A DNA stretch of 64,000 nucleotides from Spirochaetia bacterium (GCA_963666985.2 CAXXIA010000002.1:2784001-2848000); one strand, 5' to 3'; numbered from the stretch's first letter, positions 47,840 to 58,619 are shown. The notes: a model not told the origin generated them from the sequence alone. A program made the numbers and translations.

Positions 47840-49128
47840 GTTTCATGCCTACCGAATACAGCCTTGTTTCCGTTGCCTCAGGTTCGCGAAGAGCCGATGA
47901 AGGCGGATGGACCCTGGATTTCCCCAACGAGGCTCCTTCACTGATACGGGCCGAGTATGCTCAAAAGAAGCTGAAGCTTCGGGACGATCTGGGAGGTCTT
48001 TATCGATTCGCCGATTGGCTGCCCATTCGGAGAATCCTTGAGGGATCGGCCGCGCCGGTGACCTACCGTTCCGAGGGATTGGGCGAAGAACTCGGGCTTA
48101 AAAATCTTTGGATAACCTTTAACGGCTGGTGGCCGGAAAAGGGTGCCGGCATGCAAACGGGAACGTTTAAGGAATGCGAGGCCTACAGCGTCTGTGCCCG
48201 AATGAGCGAAGACTTCGGGAAAATCCTTGTCGTGGCGTCGGCCGGGAATACGGCCCGGGCATTCGCCCGCGTCTGCTCGGACAATCACATACCTCTGCTT
48301 CTCTTTGTTCCCGAGGATAATTTAAACGCCATGTGGTTCCATACGCCTCTTCATGACTGCGTGAAATTGATTTCTCCCGAGTCCGGAGGCGATTACTTCG
48401 ATGCCATACATATGTCGAACATGGCGGTTGCCGGAAGCGGCCGCTTCATCGCCGAAGGAGGCGTGAAGAATGTGGCCCGCCGGGACGGTATGGGAACTAC
48501 GGTTCTTTCGGCGGCAACAACGATAGGCCGAATCCCCGACTTTTATTTTCAGGCGGTCGGCAGCGGTACGGGCGCCATCGCGGCCTGGGAGGCGGCAATC
48601 CGTTTGGAGGCCGACGGAAGTTACGGCCCGAATCGAATGAAGCTCATGGTAAGTCAGAACGCTCCCTTTGTTCCCATGCGGGACAGTTGGAAGGCCGACT
48701 CACGGGAATTCTTGATTGCCGATGATGATGCGGCGCGATCTCAAGTGGCCGAGGTGAATGCCAAGGTTCTTACCAACCGCCGTCCTCCCTGGAGCATTCC
48801 GGGCGGACTCTATGATGCCTTAAAGGCCGCCGGCGGAGAGGTTTTTGGGGCTTCCAACGAGGAAGCTTCCCGGGCCGCCGAACGGTTTTTACAGCTGGAA
48901 GGGAACGATATCAGTCCGGCCGCGGCCGTCGCGGTTGCGTCTTTATTTCAAGCGGTTAAGGAGAAATCCGTTTCCTCCGAGGACTGTGTGATGCTCAATA
49001 TCACAGGCGGCGGCATGGAGCGGTTCAAGTCCGAAAATGAAATTCATATCGCCGAGCCCTCGGCCGTTTTGAAGCTTGATGCTTCGGATGATGAAATCGT
49101 AAAAGTTTCGGAGAGCCTTTTTCCGTAA
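47836..49128 (+). CDS. Cysteate synthase (PLP, threonine-synthase fold)
   Basis: TGTFKECEA (PLP lysine), VASAGNTARAF, EGGVKNVARRDGMGT, YFQAVGSGTG, LNITGGG; ATGA coupling with cysN. Confidence 0.88.
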   Translation: MSFMPTEYSLVSVASGSRRADEGGWTLDFPNEAPSLIRAEYAQKKLKLRDDLGGLYRFADWLPIRRILEGSAAPVTYRSEGLGEELGLKNLWITFNGWWPEKGAGMQTGTFKECEAYSVCARMSEDFGKILVVASAGNTARAFARVCSDNHIPLLLFVPEDNLNAMWFHTPLHDCVKLISPESGGDYFDAIHMSNMAVAGSGRFIAEGGVKNVARRDGMGTTVLSAATTIGRIPDFYFQAVGSGTGAIAAWEAAIRLEADGSYGPNRMKLMVSQNAPFVPMRDSWKADSREFLIADDDAARSQVAEVNAKVLTNRRPPWSIPGGLYDALKAAGGEVFGASNEEASRAAERFLQLEGNDISPAAAVAVASLFQAVKEKSVSSEDCVMLNITGGGMERFKSENEIHIAEPSAVLKLDASDDEIVKVSESLFP

Positions 49129-49239
49129 GAGGCTGCCGGCCTAACACTGCCGGTAATAACGATTTTCCGGCGGACTCAAGGAGTCCGGTATATATACGGC
49201 GGTTTTGGAAAGCCGCTTCAGTTTAAGGAGAATAACAAT

Positions 49240-50520
49240 ATGGCGGATATTTTTGACAAATGCGCAACCGATGAAGGGTATTTCGGCCGTTTCCGCGCCG
49301 CCGGAGACCGTTTTTTCACCCTTCCGGTTATAGACGATCTTCCCGGTCCCCGGATGAAGTACCAGGGCCAGGAAAACATCATGTGGTCGGTGAACAACTA
49401 CATTGGTCTGGCAAACGATCCGGATATCAAAGCGGCGGCTCTGGAGGCCACCGAATACTGGTCGGTGAGTTCCCCCATGGGATCGCGCATGATGAGCGGA
49501 ACCACCAGTGAGCATCTGGCCTTGGAAAAATCTCTGGCCGAACTTGCCCAGAAGGAAGATGCCTTCCTTTTTAACTACGGCTACATGGGCGTTATCGGCA
49601 CCGTGGTGTCCTTAACCGGTCCGGACGACACCCTCATCGTCGATAAATTGGCTCATGCCTGTATCGTCGACGCGGCCTTCAGCGCCAAAGGATCGAACGC
49701 CGGCAAGCCCAATGTCCGTTTCTTCCGGCATAACGACATGCACGATTTGGAATCGGTGCTGAAGATGGTTAATAAGGACCGCAAGGGCGGCGTGATGATT
49801 CTTTCCGAAGGCGTATACGGCATGACCGGCGACCTTGCGGATTTGAAGGGCATCACCGCTTTGGCGCGGCAGTACGACGCCCGAGTGTTCATTGACGACG
49901 CCCACGGCATCGGCGTACTGGGAGAAAATGGACGGGGAACCGCCGATCATCTGGGCGTTCAGGATGAAATCGATATCTATTTCGGTACTTTCGCCAAAAC
50001 CTTCGCTTCCATCGGCGGCTTTTCGGCCACCACCAAACAGGTACGCGACTGGATTGCCTACAACGCCCGCACCCAGGTTTTCGCCAAGGCGCTGCCTATG
50101 CCTTACGTGAAGTCCCTTCAGGTGGCCCTGACGAAAGTGATGAATGACGATTTTCGCCGGAAGCTGATGTGGGAGCGTTCCAACCAACTGAAAAACGGAC
50201 TTCGCGAGTTGGGGTATCACATCGGTACAGGTGATTCACCTATCTGTGCGGTCTTTACACCCGTCGGCGACAACCTCGAGGATGTTGGCATGGGTATGCT
50301 TAAATACCTGCGTGACCATAACATCTTCTGCACAGGTGTTGTGTGGCCGGTTATTCCTCCGGGACTGGTTATGTTCAGGATGATCCCCACCACCGCCCAT
50401 TCCGAGGAAGACGTGGCCCGTACCGTCGAAGTGTTTAAAAGCATGCGGGACGATCTGAAGATTCAGTTCCCCTTAAACGACGACCTTGTAAAACGTATCG
50501 GCAAAATATTCAGAGACTAG
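49240..50520 (+). CDS. Alpha-oxoamine synthase, CapB/SulA-like cysteate:acyl transferase
   Basis: WSVNNYIGLA, PMGSRMMSG, AHACIVD, DDAHG, GTFAK, YNARTQVFAKALPM; AAGGAG RBS. Confidence 0.8.
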   Translation: MADIFDKCATDEGYFGRFRAAGDRFFTLPVIDDLPGPRMKYQGQENIMWSVNNYIGLANDPDIKAAALEATEYWSVSSPMGSRMMSGTTSEHLALEKSLAELAQKEDAFLFNYGYMGVIGTVVSLTGPDDTLIVDKLAHACIVDAAFSAKGSNAGKPNVRFFRHNDMHDLESVLKMVNKDRKGGVMILSEGVYGMTGDLADLKGITALARQYDARVFIDDAHGIGVLGENGRGTADHLGVQDEIDIYFGTFAKTFASIGGFSATTKQVRDWIAYNARTQVFAKALPMPYVKSLQVALTKVMNDDFRRKLMWERSNQLKNGLRELGYHIGTGDSPICAVFTPVGDNLEDVGMGMLKYLRDHNIFCTGVVWPVIPPGLVMFRMIPTTAHSEEDVARTVEVFKSMRDDLKIQFPLNDDLVKRIGKIFRD

Positions 50521-50522
50521 AA

Positions 50523-50692
50523 GGTCTAATTCGTAAAGAAAACAAGAGAGTACCCGCTGTTCGGCGCTGCCGAACAGCTGTTTATCGATGTCTCGTGAGA
50601 GTGTAACGGAAGCGGATTCGGATCTAGGGTCGTACCGCAGCTGAGCGAGGAACGATTTCGGCACAATTCTTTTTGTTTTCACGAATTAGACC
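50523..50692. repeat. REP/MITE-like 170-bp element with terminal inverted repeats
   Basis: GGTCTAATTCGT...ACGAATTAGACC ends, further AAAACAA/TTGTTTT pairing, internal GCTGTTCGGC-GCT-GCCGAACAGC hairpin. Confidence 0.65.
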
Positions 50693-50802
50693 GAAGGACG
50701 AGGAGCGTGAGAGGGATATCCAAGCTTGATTGAGTATCCCCGAACCGACGATGGCCTCCGCTCAGCGAAGCTCGCTTTCAAGTCAAATTATATAAAAAGC
50801 AC

Positions 50803-50832
50803 AAAAGGGCTCGGTATCACCGGGTCCTTTTT
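50803..50832 (+). terminator. Rho-independent (bidirectional) terminator
   Basis: AAAAGGGCTCGGT-ATC-ACCGGGTCCTTTTT. Confidence 0.75.
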
Positions 50833-51787
50833 CGTTATCTGGGAACGGTCCGCTTTACGCTGGTGTGAGAGCTGAGAGGAGCGGCTCATCTTGTTTTTAC
50901 ATTCCCGGGCATCTAAAAAGCCTTATGCTGGGATTCGGCTTTAAGCCCGTCCATTATTAATTTGATTGGTATTTTGCGCAGGAGCCTACTTTGCTCTTGA
51001 TTTGCAGGAGGAATTCGATGCTGATGAAATGCGGTGTAAACGAGATAGAAGAGCCGCCTAAAACGCCGCTGAAGCTTGGATTCCTTTCGCTGCTGAAACG
51101 CTTAAAGTTTTGATGAGTGTTTAATTTACTTTTTTTCGCAGAATCTTAGCAATGAATATGTTTTATTATAAGTAAACTTATTTTTCACTTTTTAGCCTAA
51201 GAAAACTAAAACAAAGCAGAACTGAAATTTCTGTATTAAGAAGTACTTTTTTCTATGAAATTCGGGAATTAATGAACGTAATGTATAAAATAAATTTATA
51301 TAAGAGAAAGAAAATTATCTTGCTGCGTTATTTTGTATGCTTGAATCATCAAGAAAAAATGATGCTCATGGAGGAATTGAAAATATTGAGGACGGCCTCG
51401 AGTAATAGAAACATAATGTTTCATTTATAGTTTGATGAAGAAAAAATTGTTTTAAACTGTTGGACGTTTCTCTCTCAATTGTCTTTTGAATATAAGCTTC
51501 TGAATCCCTCCTTTAGGTTACTTTTTCCTTTCCTTTGATCGTTTTTTCCTTCTTCTCAGGAAAGAGTGATGAAACTTTTTTTTGTGATGATAGGGAATAT
51601 AGATAATTTTAGATGTAAACATTTGGTTGTGGTGTGTGGGAAAAAGAATTGTTTTACAAATGATAATCTCAATAATAAGATCCTTTCCCATAGGAAATAT
51701 GTTCAATATGAAATAAGTGTATTCATGGTTTGAATAATACTTGGATTTGTATTGGGGATATTCCTAAAAAACTATTTCGGAGGAAAC

Positions 51788-53356
51788 ATGAAAACAAAGT
51801 TTTGGAAAGTTGTTTGTCTGCTTGGTGTTTCTGTATCGATTCTTTTTTGTTTTACAGGTTGTTCAGAGAAAAAAGATTCCACAGATGTGAGTGCGGATGA
51901 AGTTATCTCGAAGAAGAAAACTCCTGATGATACATTCGTCTATGGCGGACCGAATGAACCATTTACATTAGCGCCTTATGACGCCAATGCTTTAACAAGC
52001 TGGTTGGCGGGAAAAGTCATCCACGATAACTTGGTTGAAATGGATCCCGATACGGGGGACTTTGTCGGTGTTCTGGCCGAATCATGGGATTACTCCGATG
52101 ATTATTTAACATTAACTCTTCACATAAGGGATGGTGTAGAGTTTCAGAACGGAGTTGAACTGTCCAGTGAAGATGTTCTGTTTACACTGGAACAAATTTC
52201 GAAAACGTCCCGTTTTGCCGCTAATTATAAATGCATCGATTTCAGCAAATGTGAATTGGTTGATGATTTAACACTTAAAATTGTATTTAATGAAACCTAT
52301 GCTCCGTTTTTTGCCTTTCTGGCGCATCCTTCCGCCGGAATTGTTTGTAAAAGCTATTTTGAAGAAGTCGGACCGGATTTGTTTTCACAAAAGCCCATGG
52401 GTACCGGACCCTTCACGTTTAAAGAATGGATTTCCGGCGATAGGATAACTCTGGTAAGAAATGATTCCTATTGGGGTGATAAACCTGCCTATAAAAACTT
52501 GGTAATTCGATTTATTCCTGAAGATACAACCAGAATGATTGAGTTTGAAACCGGCGGTGTTGATGCTATCGGTAATCTTTCCGGAAATGATATGGAACGG
52601 ATGATGAAGGGCAGTGTTGAGAATGCGCGTTTAGAGTCCTGCACCGGTCAGAAAGTTTACAGATGGTGTATGTTTAGAGGCAATGAGGTTCTGAATAATC
52701 AGAAAGTTAGAGAAGCCATTTCTTTAGCTCTGGATTTTGAAGGGATTACCCAATCTGTATTTGGGCCTGCCGGTCAGCTTGCAAAAAGTATATTGCCGCC
52801 GGACAGCAGGTTTTACAAGGAAGTCGGGACTTATAAATATGATCCCGAACTGGCAAAAAAGCTTATGGCTGAGGCCGGTTATCCCGATGGATTTGAAGTC
52901 AATACATATACCGTTGCAGGTGATGAAGAAAAAATATGTGAAATTGCTCAATCCATGCTTGCCGAAATCGGAATCAAGATGAATATCGAAATTGCGGAAC
53001 TTGCGACTTTGATTAAGACGGAGATGAGCGGTGAATGTAATATGGGTATTGTGAAAATGACCGCTACAACTCGGGATCCTGATCAGACGTACAACACCCT
53101 TACCGCCGATACTTCCCTCGGTATTTCGCGTGTTCCTGAGAAAGCTTTGGATGATTTAATCGCTATAGGCCGAACGTCAATCGAAGATTCTGTGCGGGCT
53201 GACGCATACGCCAAGGCGGATCAGTATGTTTATGATAATTATATTCAATTCCCAATACTGGTAAATGTTGTTGGCTATGCAATCAAGGATTACATTGATT
53301 ACTTCGATGCGGATACCGGAAACATTCCTGACTTGGCTAAGGTAACTTTTAAATAG
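51788..53356 (+). CDS. Peptide/nickel-type ABC substrate-binding lipoprotein (SBP family 5)
   Basis: Lipobox FTGC; LAESW, GTGPF, VREAISLALD; GGAGG RBS. Confidence 0.93.
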   Translation: MKTKFWKVVCLLGVSVSILFCFTGCSEKKDSTDVSADEVISKKKTPDDTFVYGGPNEPFTLAPYDANALTSWLAGKVIHDNLVEMDPDTGDFVGVLAESWDYSDDYLTLTLHIRDGVEFQNGVELSSEDVLFTLEQISKTSRFAANYKCIDFSKCELVDDLTLKIVFNETYAPFFAFLAHPSAGIVCKSYFEEVGPDLFSQKPMGTGPFTFKEWISGDRITLVRNDSYWGDKPAYKNLVIRFIPEDTTRMIEFETGGVDAIGNLSGNDMERMMKGSVENARLESCTGQKVYRWCMFRGNEVLNNQKVREAISLALDFEGITQSVFGPAGQLAKSILPPDSRFYKEVGTYKYDPELAKKLMAEAGYPDGFEVNTYTVAGDEEKICEIAQSMLAEIGIKMNIEIAELATLIKTEMSGECNMGIVKMTATTRDPDQTYNTLTADTSLGISRVPEKALDDLIAIGRTSIEDSVRADAYAKADQYVYDNYIQFPILVNVVGYAIKDYIDYFDADTGNIPDLAKVTFK

Positions 53357-53377
53357 AAATCATTTTTTTGATAATCT

Positions 53378-53411
53378 TTTGGGCATGTCTGTTTATTACG
53401 GCATGCCCAAA
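53378..53411 (+). terminator. Stem-loop after the binding-protein gene
   Basis: TTTGGGCATG...CATGCCCAAA. Confidence 0.65.
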
Positions 53412-53698
53412 TCCGGTACTCTTTAATTGAATTAATATAAGGCTCATTGTCGGAAAAATAGTTAATGTTTTATCCCTTCTAAGGTCTCTTTTATGATTGT
53501 TACGGATGTAAAGTCATTATATTCAGGATGTGAATGCTAATTATATTCCTAAGAAGACATTTGTACTAAAGGAAAGATTAATGTGAGCTTAATGTCATAT
53601 TTGGAAATACTTATAGAGCATTTTTTTGTAAATCCGTTTTTGAGGATATAAAATTAAATTGATGCAGAGAAAATCATCTTAATAAGGAGGGAAAAGTT

Positions 53699-54685
53699 TT
53701 GATTAAGTATATATTACGTCGTTTGCTCGTAATGATACCGGTATTACTTGGGGTTGTATTTATTATTTTTACCATCAATTATTTTTCACCGGGCGATCCT
53801 GCATTGATCATTTTAGGGTCTGAAGCTACGCAGGCGCAAATTGATCAATTACATGCCGATTTAGGCTTGGATTTACCTTTTTTTGTTCAGTTTTTTAATT
53901 ATATAAAAGGAATAGTGACTCATTTGGATTTGGGTACTTCGTATATTACGAAGACTGAAGTTCGGAGTGATATTCTTGCACGATTCCCATCGACGTTTAA
54001 ACTGGCCATTCTTTCCACTGCTCTCGCAACGCTTATCGGAATACCTTTGGGTGTGATTGCCGCAACTAAACAAACGACTCTATTTGATTATGCCTCAACG
54101 TTCCTTGCCCTGATCGGCGCGTCCATGCCCAGCTTCTGGCTTGGCCTTATGCTGATAATTTTATTCTCACTTAATTTAGGCCTTCTTCCCGCATCAGGAC
54201 TTGCAACATGGAGACATTGGATATTGCCGACAGTCGCTATTAGCGTGGTTCCGATTGCTAATATCACAAGAACAACCAGGTCAAGTATGCTGGAAGTTAT
54301 TCGTCAGGACTATATTCGCACGGCTCGTTCCAAGGGTCTGAAAGAGCGGAAAATAATTACAAAGCATGCGTTGGCAAATGCCATTATTCCCGTAATTACA
54401 ATTATTGGGATATTGCTTGCATTTACTATGGGAGGACTTATTGTTCTTGAAACAGTCTTTTCGGTTCCCGGAATGGGTACGCTAATGAAGAAGGCTATTT
54501 CATATAAAGACTACCCGACAATTCAAGGCTGTGTTCTCTTTATAGCTTTAATTATGAGCGTAATGAATCTTCTGATTGATATCTTATATGCCTTTATTGA
54601 TCCTCGGATTAAGTCTCAATACGTAAAACGGAATCCAAAGAACTCCTCAAAGAAGATTGAGAATAGAGGAGACAATGATGATTGA
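53699..54685 (+). CDS. ABC permease (DppB/OppB-like)
   Basis: PGDP, RSSMLEVIRQDYIRTARSKG, IDPRIK. Confidence 0.95.
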   Translation: MIKYILRRLLVMIPVLLGVVFIIFTINYFSPGDPALIILGSEATQAQIDQLHADLGLDLPFFVQFFNYIKGIVTHLDLGTSYITKTEVRSDILARFPSTFKLAILSTALATLIGIPLGVIAATKQTTLFDYASTFLALIGASMPSFWLGLMLIILFSLNLGLLPASGLATWRHWILPTVAISVVPIANITRTTRSSMLEVIRQDYIRTARSKGLKERKIITKHALANAIIPVITIIGILLAFTMGGLIVLETVFSVPGMGTLMKKAISYKDYPTIQGCVLFIALIMSVMNLLIDILYAFIDPRIKSQYVKRNPKNSSKKIENRGDNDD

Positions 54686-55544
54686 TAATTGCCAAATGAA
54701 AAAAATGAATCAATCGAAAGAAGTTTGGCAGAGGCTGCGAAAAAACAAACTTACAATATTGGGCCTGATTCTGGCTCTTCTTTTAGTCTTTAGTGCAATA
54801 TTTGCACCCTTCATCTGCAGATATGAGTACGAAGATCAAGATTTAAGAAATGCTTTTCAATATCCAAGTTTTAAGCATCTTTTAGGTACTGATAATTATG
54901 GGAGAGATATTTTTACTCGAATTATTTACGGAGGAAGAACTTCTCTCTTAATTGCGTTAATTGCAGTTTCCCTTGGCCTGATTGTCGGAGGCCTTCTTGG
55001 AGCTTTTGCGGCCTATTATGGTGGAATCTTTGAGAATGTAATAATGCGGGGATTGGATATTGTCATGGCAATTCCTTCTTTATTACTTGCGGTGGCAATC
55101 TCTGCGGCTTTGGGAGTGGGAATGCTCAATTGTGCTATTGCTATTGGGATTGCAACGGTACCCATGTTTGCCAGGGTAATCAGAGCTTCGGCACTTTCAA
55201 TAAAAGATCAAGAGTACATTGAAGCTGCTCATGCATGCGGAGTGGGCAATGTTAAGATAATTTTCAAGCATGTCATTCCCAATTCTTTGGCACCGATTAT
55301 CGTCCAAGGAACTTTAAAAATTGGCGAAGCAATACTCCAGATCGCAAGTCTTAGTTTTATCGGTCTCGGCGTTCAGCCGCCAACACCGGAATGGGGCAGC
55401 ATGCTTGCTTTCGGCCGTGAGTTTATTAGGGACTTTTGGCCAATTGTAACCTTTCCCGGTATTGCCATAATGATTACGTTGATTGTATTTAACGTACTTG
55501 GTGATGGTCTTCGAGATGCTCTTGATCCAAGACTTAAGCAGTAG
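54675..55544 (+). CDS. ABC permease (DppC/OppC-like)
   Basis: LGTDNYGRD, EYIEAA, PEWG, GDGLRDALDP. Confidence 0.95.
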   Translation: MMIDNCQMKKMNQSKEVWQRLRKNKLTILGLILALLLVFSAIFAPFICRYEYEDQDLRNAFQYPSFKHLLGTDNYGRDIFTRIIYGGRTSLLIALIAVSLGLIVGGLLGAFAAYYGGIFENVIMRGLDIVMAIPSLLLAVAISAALGVGMLNCAIAIGIATVPMFARVIRASALSIKDQEYIEAAHACGVGNVKIIFKHVIPNSLAPIIVQGTLKIGEAILQIASLSFIGLGVQPPTPEWGSMLAFGREFIRDFWPIVTFPGIAIMITLIVFNVLGDGLRDALDPRLKQ

Positions 55545-55556
55545 AGGGAGGTAATT

Positions 55557-56531
55557 TTGAGCTTACTCGAAATAAAAGACCTATCAATTCATTATGTCTC
55601 CGACAGAGAAACAGTATACGCCGTTAATGGTGTCAGTTTGGAAATAGGTGAGAAAAAAACTCTTGGACTGGTGGGCGAGACAGGAGCCGGAAAAACGTCC
55701 ACGGCGCTGGGCATAATGCGCCTTGTTCCTGAACCGGCGGGAAAGATAGTTTCAGGGGAAATCTTATTTAATGGTGAAGATATTCTAAAAAAGTCTTCCA
55801 GTGAGATGAGACGGTTTAGGGGCAATAAAATATCCATGATATTTCAGGATCCGATGACCGCTCTTAATCCAATTGTTCCAGTCGGAAAACAAATCGCTGA
55901 AGTTATCGAAGAGCATAAGAAATGCTCTAAAGCCGAGGCTGAATTAATTGCTTTGGAAATGTTGGAGAGTGTTGGAATCCAAGCGGAAAGATCCATGGAA
56001 TATCCGCATCAGTTTTCAGGAGGAATGAAGCAAAGAGTCATTATTGCTATTGCTCTTGCCTGTAACCCTAAGCTTCTTATTGCAGATGAACCTACTACCG
56101 CGCTTGACGTAACGATTCAGGCACAGGTTCTTGAAATGATTAATGAGCTGAAAGAAAGAAACGGCACCTCAATGCTTCTGATAACGCATGATTTAGGAGT
56201 TGTCGCGGAAGTCTGCGATATGGTTGCCATAATGTACGCAGGTGAGATTGTTGAGTATGGAAACCTTGAAGATATCTTTGATCATACTTCACATCCATAT
56301 ACGGAGGGGCTTTTTCAGTCGATTCCGAATATTAAAACAGAGGTGAGTAGGCTTCAGCCCATAAAGGGACTGATGCCCGATCCATCAAATTTGCCTAAGG
56401 GCTGCAAATTTCATCCTCGGTGCCCCTATAAAAAAGATAAATGTGAATTGGAAAATCCGGAAATAAGAGAGATTTCAGAAGGCCATTTTATGAAATGTCA
56501 TTATACGGTTAATGAGAGAAAGAGTAATTAA
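55557..56531 (+). CDS. ABC ATPase (DppD/OppD-like)
   Basis: [26 protein letters not shown]-terminal FHPRC. Confidence 0.95.
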   Translation: MSLLEIKDLSIHYVSDRETVYAVNGVSLEIGEKKTLGLVGETGAGKTSTALGIMRLVPEPAGKIVSGEILFNGEDILKKSSSEMRRFRGNKISMIFQDPMTALNPIVPVGKQIAEVIEEHKKCSKAEAELIALEMLESVGIQAERSMEYPHQFSGGMKQRVIIAIALACNPKLLIADEPTTALDVTIQAQVLEMINELKERNGTSMLLITHDLGVVAEVCDMVAIMYAGEIVEYGNLEDIFDHTSHPYTEGLFQSIPNIKTEVSRLQPIKGLMPDPSNLPKGCKFHPRCPYKKDKCELENPEIREISEGHFMKCHYTVNERKSN

Positions 56532-56532
56532 G

Positions 56533-57495
56533 ATGTCGGTATTATTAGATATCCATAACCTGAAAAAATATTTCAAAACACCAAATGGACTTTTACATGC
56601 GGTTGAAAATGTATCTTTCTCAATTGAAGAAGGAAAGACCTTCGGCCTTGTCGGGGAGTCCGGATGTGGTAAATCAACACTGGGACGTATTGTTGTGGGC
56701 CTTCTTGAAGCCACTGATGGTGAAGTGATTTTTGAAGGCAAAAATATTGCTGCGTTGAGAAAAAAAGAAAAAATTGCTCTTAGAAGAAGAATGCAGATTA
56801 TCTTTCAGGATCCTGTTTCTTCTTTAGATCCGCGCATGTGTGTAAGTGAACTTATAGCGGAGCCTTTAAGAAGCTATAAAGAATTTAGTTCAAAAGATAA
56901 CCTTTATAGCCGTATTGGCGAGCTGATGGATACGGTAGGTTTGGCAAGAAGACTGACATATTCATATCCGCATGAATTGGATGGAGGGCGTCGTCAAAGG
57001 ATAGGGATTGCACGTGCTTTGGCATTGAATCCCAAATTTATTGTGTGTGATGAACCTGTTTCCGCGCTAGATGTTTCAATTCAAGCTCAAATTTTAAATC
57101 TTCTTCAGGAACTGCAAGAAGCTCATGGATTAACATATATCTTTATTACACATGATCTTTCCGTTGTTAAGCATATTTCCGACGACATCATGGTTATGTA
57201 TCTGGGATGTGTGGTCGAGAAAGCGGAATCCAATGAACTTTTTGAAAAGCAGCTGCATCCTTATACGAAGGGACTCATTTCGGCAATTCCTATTCCGAGC
57301 ATTCATCGGGAAAAGCTTAAAATTATGCTGAAGGGAGAGTTGGCATCTCCTATTAATCCAAAACCCGGATGTCGTTTTGCATCACGCTGTCCCTATTCGA
57401 AACCGGATTGTGAGGAATCTCAACCGAAACTTAAAGAAATTTTTCCTGGTCACTTTGTTGCTTGTCATTATGCCGGAGAGATAAACAATATTTAA
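56533..57495 (+). CDS. ABC ATPase (DppF/OppF-like)
   Basis: GESGCGKS, LDGGRRQR, CDEPVSALD. Confidence 0.95.
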   Translation: MSVLLDIHNLKKYFKTPNGLLHAVENVSFSIEEGKTFGLVGESGCGKSTLGRIVVGLLEATDGEVIFEGKNIAALRKKEKIALRRRMQIIFQDPVSSLDPRMCVSELIAEPLRSYKEFSSKDNLYSRIGELMDTVGLARRLTYSYPHELDGGRRQRIGIARALALNPKFIVCDEPVSALDVSIQAQILNLLQELQEAHGLTYIFITHDLSVVKHISDDIMVMYLGCVVEKAESNELFEKQLHPYTKGLISAIPIPSIHREKLKIMLKGELASPINPKPGCRFASRCPYSKPDCEESQPKLKEIFPGHFVACHYAGEINNI

Positions 57496-57572
57496 GCGGA
57501 TTATATGTTTTGAAGATGCGAATGCAACATCGTTAGATGTTCTATACACCAGTTTTATAGGAGTATGAAAAG

Positions 57573-58484
57573 ATGAGAATGGAGCAATTAAAATATTTAA
57601 TCCATATTGCGAAAACTGGGTGTATCAGCAAATCCGCGGAAGAATTATTTATAACACAGCAAGGTCTCAGTAAATCTATCAGGAATATGGAAAAGGAACT
57701 CGATATACAATTGTTGGTTCGCAAAAAAAACGGGACCGAGCTGACAATGGCCGGTAAACGAATTGTTGAAAAGGCCAAAGAAATAACAGATAGCTGGGAC
57801 GCAATGGTATATAAAATATCGGAGGATAGTACCTTAAGAAAAGAAGAAAATATTTGCAGTATCCACTCTACTCCAAGAACTTGTGCAACACTTATGCCCA
57901 TTATTGTAAAAAAGTATTTTGAAAATTATCCGCATATGGGAATAAAGATCATTGAAAATGAATTGGAAGATTTTATGACAAGTCTTGATTTCTCAAGTCC
58001 CGAGATCTTTGTTTTTAATGCTCCTGATTTCTTGTTTAATAGCTATCTAAAAGAACGTTCTGATATAACCTTTAAAATACTTCGCGAAGATAAAATAAAG
58101 GTTGTAGTTCCTGAAAATTCAAAACTTTCTTCACATGAATATATAAAGGTTGAAGAGTTGGAAAATGTTCCAATAGCTTTCTTGGGTGGTGATGAAAGAC
58201 TCTTAAACCATATTTCAAATAGAAAAGTTAATAATATGAAAGCGATCCTTCATACGACGAATTTTGAACTTTTTAGGGAGGTGCTGAAAAGAAGCGATGC
58301 TGTTGGATTATGCAGCGGCGTTTTTGAAGAATGGATAAAATCATCAAAATCAAGAATTATTCCGCTGCAGAATGCAGTGGTTATTGTATCGGCCTATGTT
58401 GTGAATGAATATGTCTCAACTAATCCGATAGCTATCGAAGTTATGAATATGATACAAGAACAATTTAAATTGGCGCAGCCATAA
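57573..58484 (+). CDS. LysR family regulator
   Basis: ISKSAEELFITQQGLSKSIRNMEKEL...LTMAG. Confidence 0.93.
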   Translation: MRMEQLKYLIHIAKTGCISKSAEELFITQQGLSKSIRNMEKELDIQLLVRKKNGTELTMAGKRIVEKAKEITDSWDAMVYKISEDSTLRKEENICSIHSTPRTCATLMPIIVKKYFENYPHMGIKIIENELEDFMTSLDFSSPEIFVFNAPDFLFNSYLKERSDITFKILREDKIKVVVPENSKLSSHEYIKVEELENVPIAFLGGDERLLNHISNRKVNNMKAILHTTNFELFREVLKRSDAVGLCSGVFEEWIKSSKSRIIPLQNAVVIVSAYVVNEYVSTNPIAIEVMNMIQEQFKLAQP

Positions 58485-58619
58485 ATTTATGCAATTAATC
58501 AGAACATTAATTGAGCTGCAAATCTTAATGTAATAGATCTGTGTAAATATTTTTCTCAAGGAATGAATTTTGTCGTAATACCGCATTTATTCCTTATGAA
58601 TCTTTAAGGAGAGAATTAA

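Noticed and set aside
47836..49128. Threonine synthase or coenzyme M biosynthesis
   Set aside because: Motifs fit cysteate synthase; no thr genes or comDE nearby; context favours lipid synthesis
49240..50520. BioF/Kbl/serine palmitoyltransferase
   Set aside because: No bio or tdh genes nearby; FAK and RMMSG motifs plus cysteate synthase linkage favour CapB/SulA (not formally excluded)
50523..50832. T-box riboswitch for the downstream ABC transporter
   Set aside because: No GGTGG-ACC-CG T-box motif, and it is ~950 bp from the next long gene
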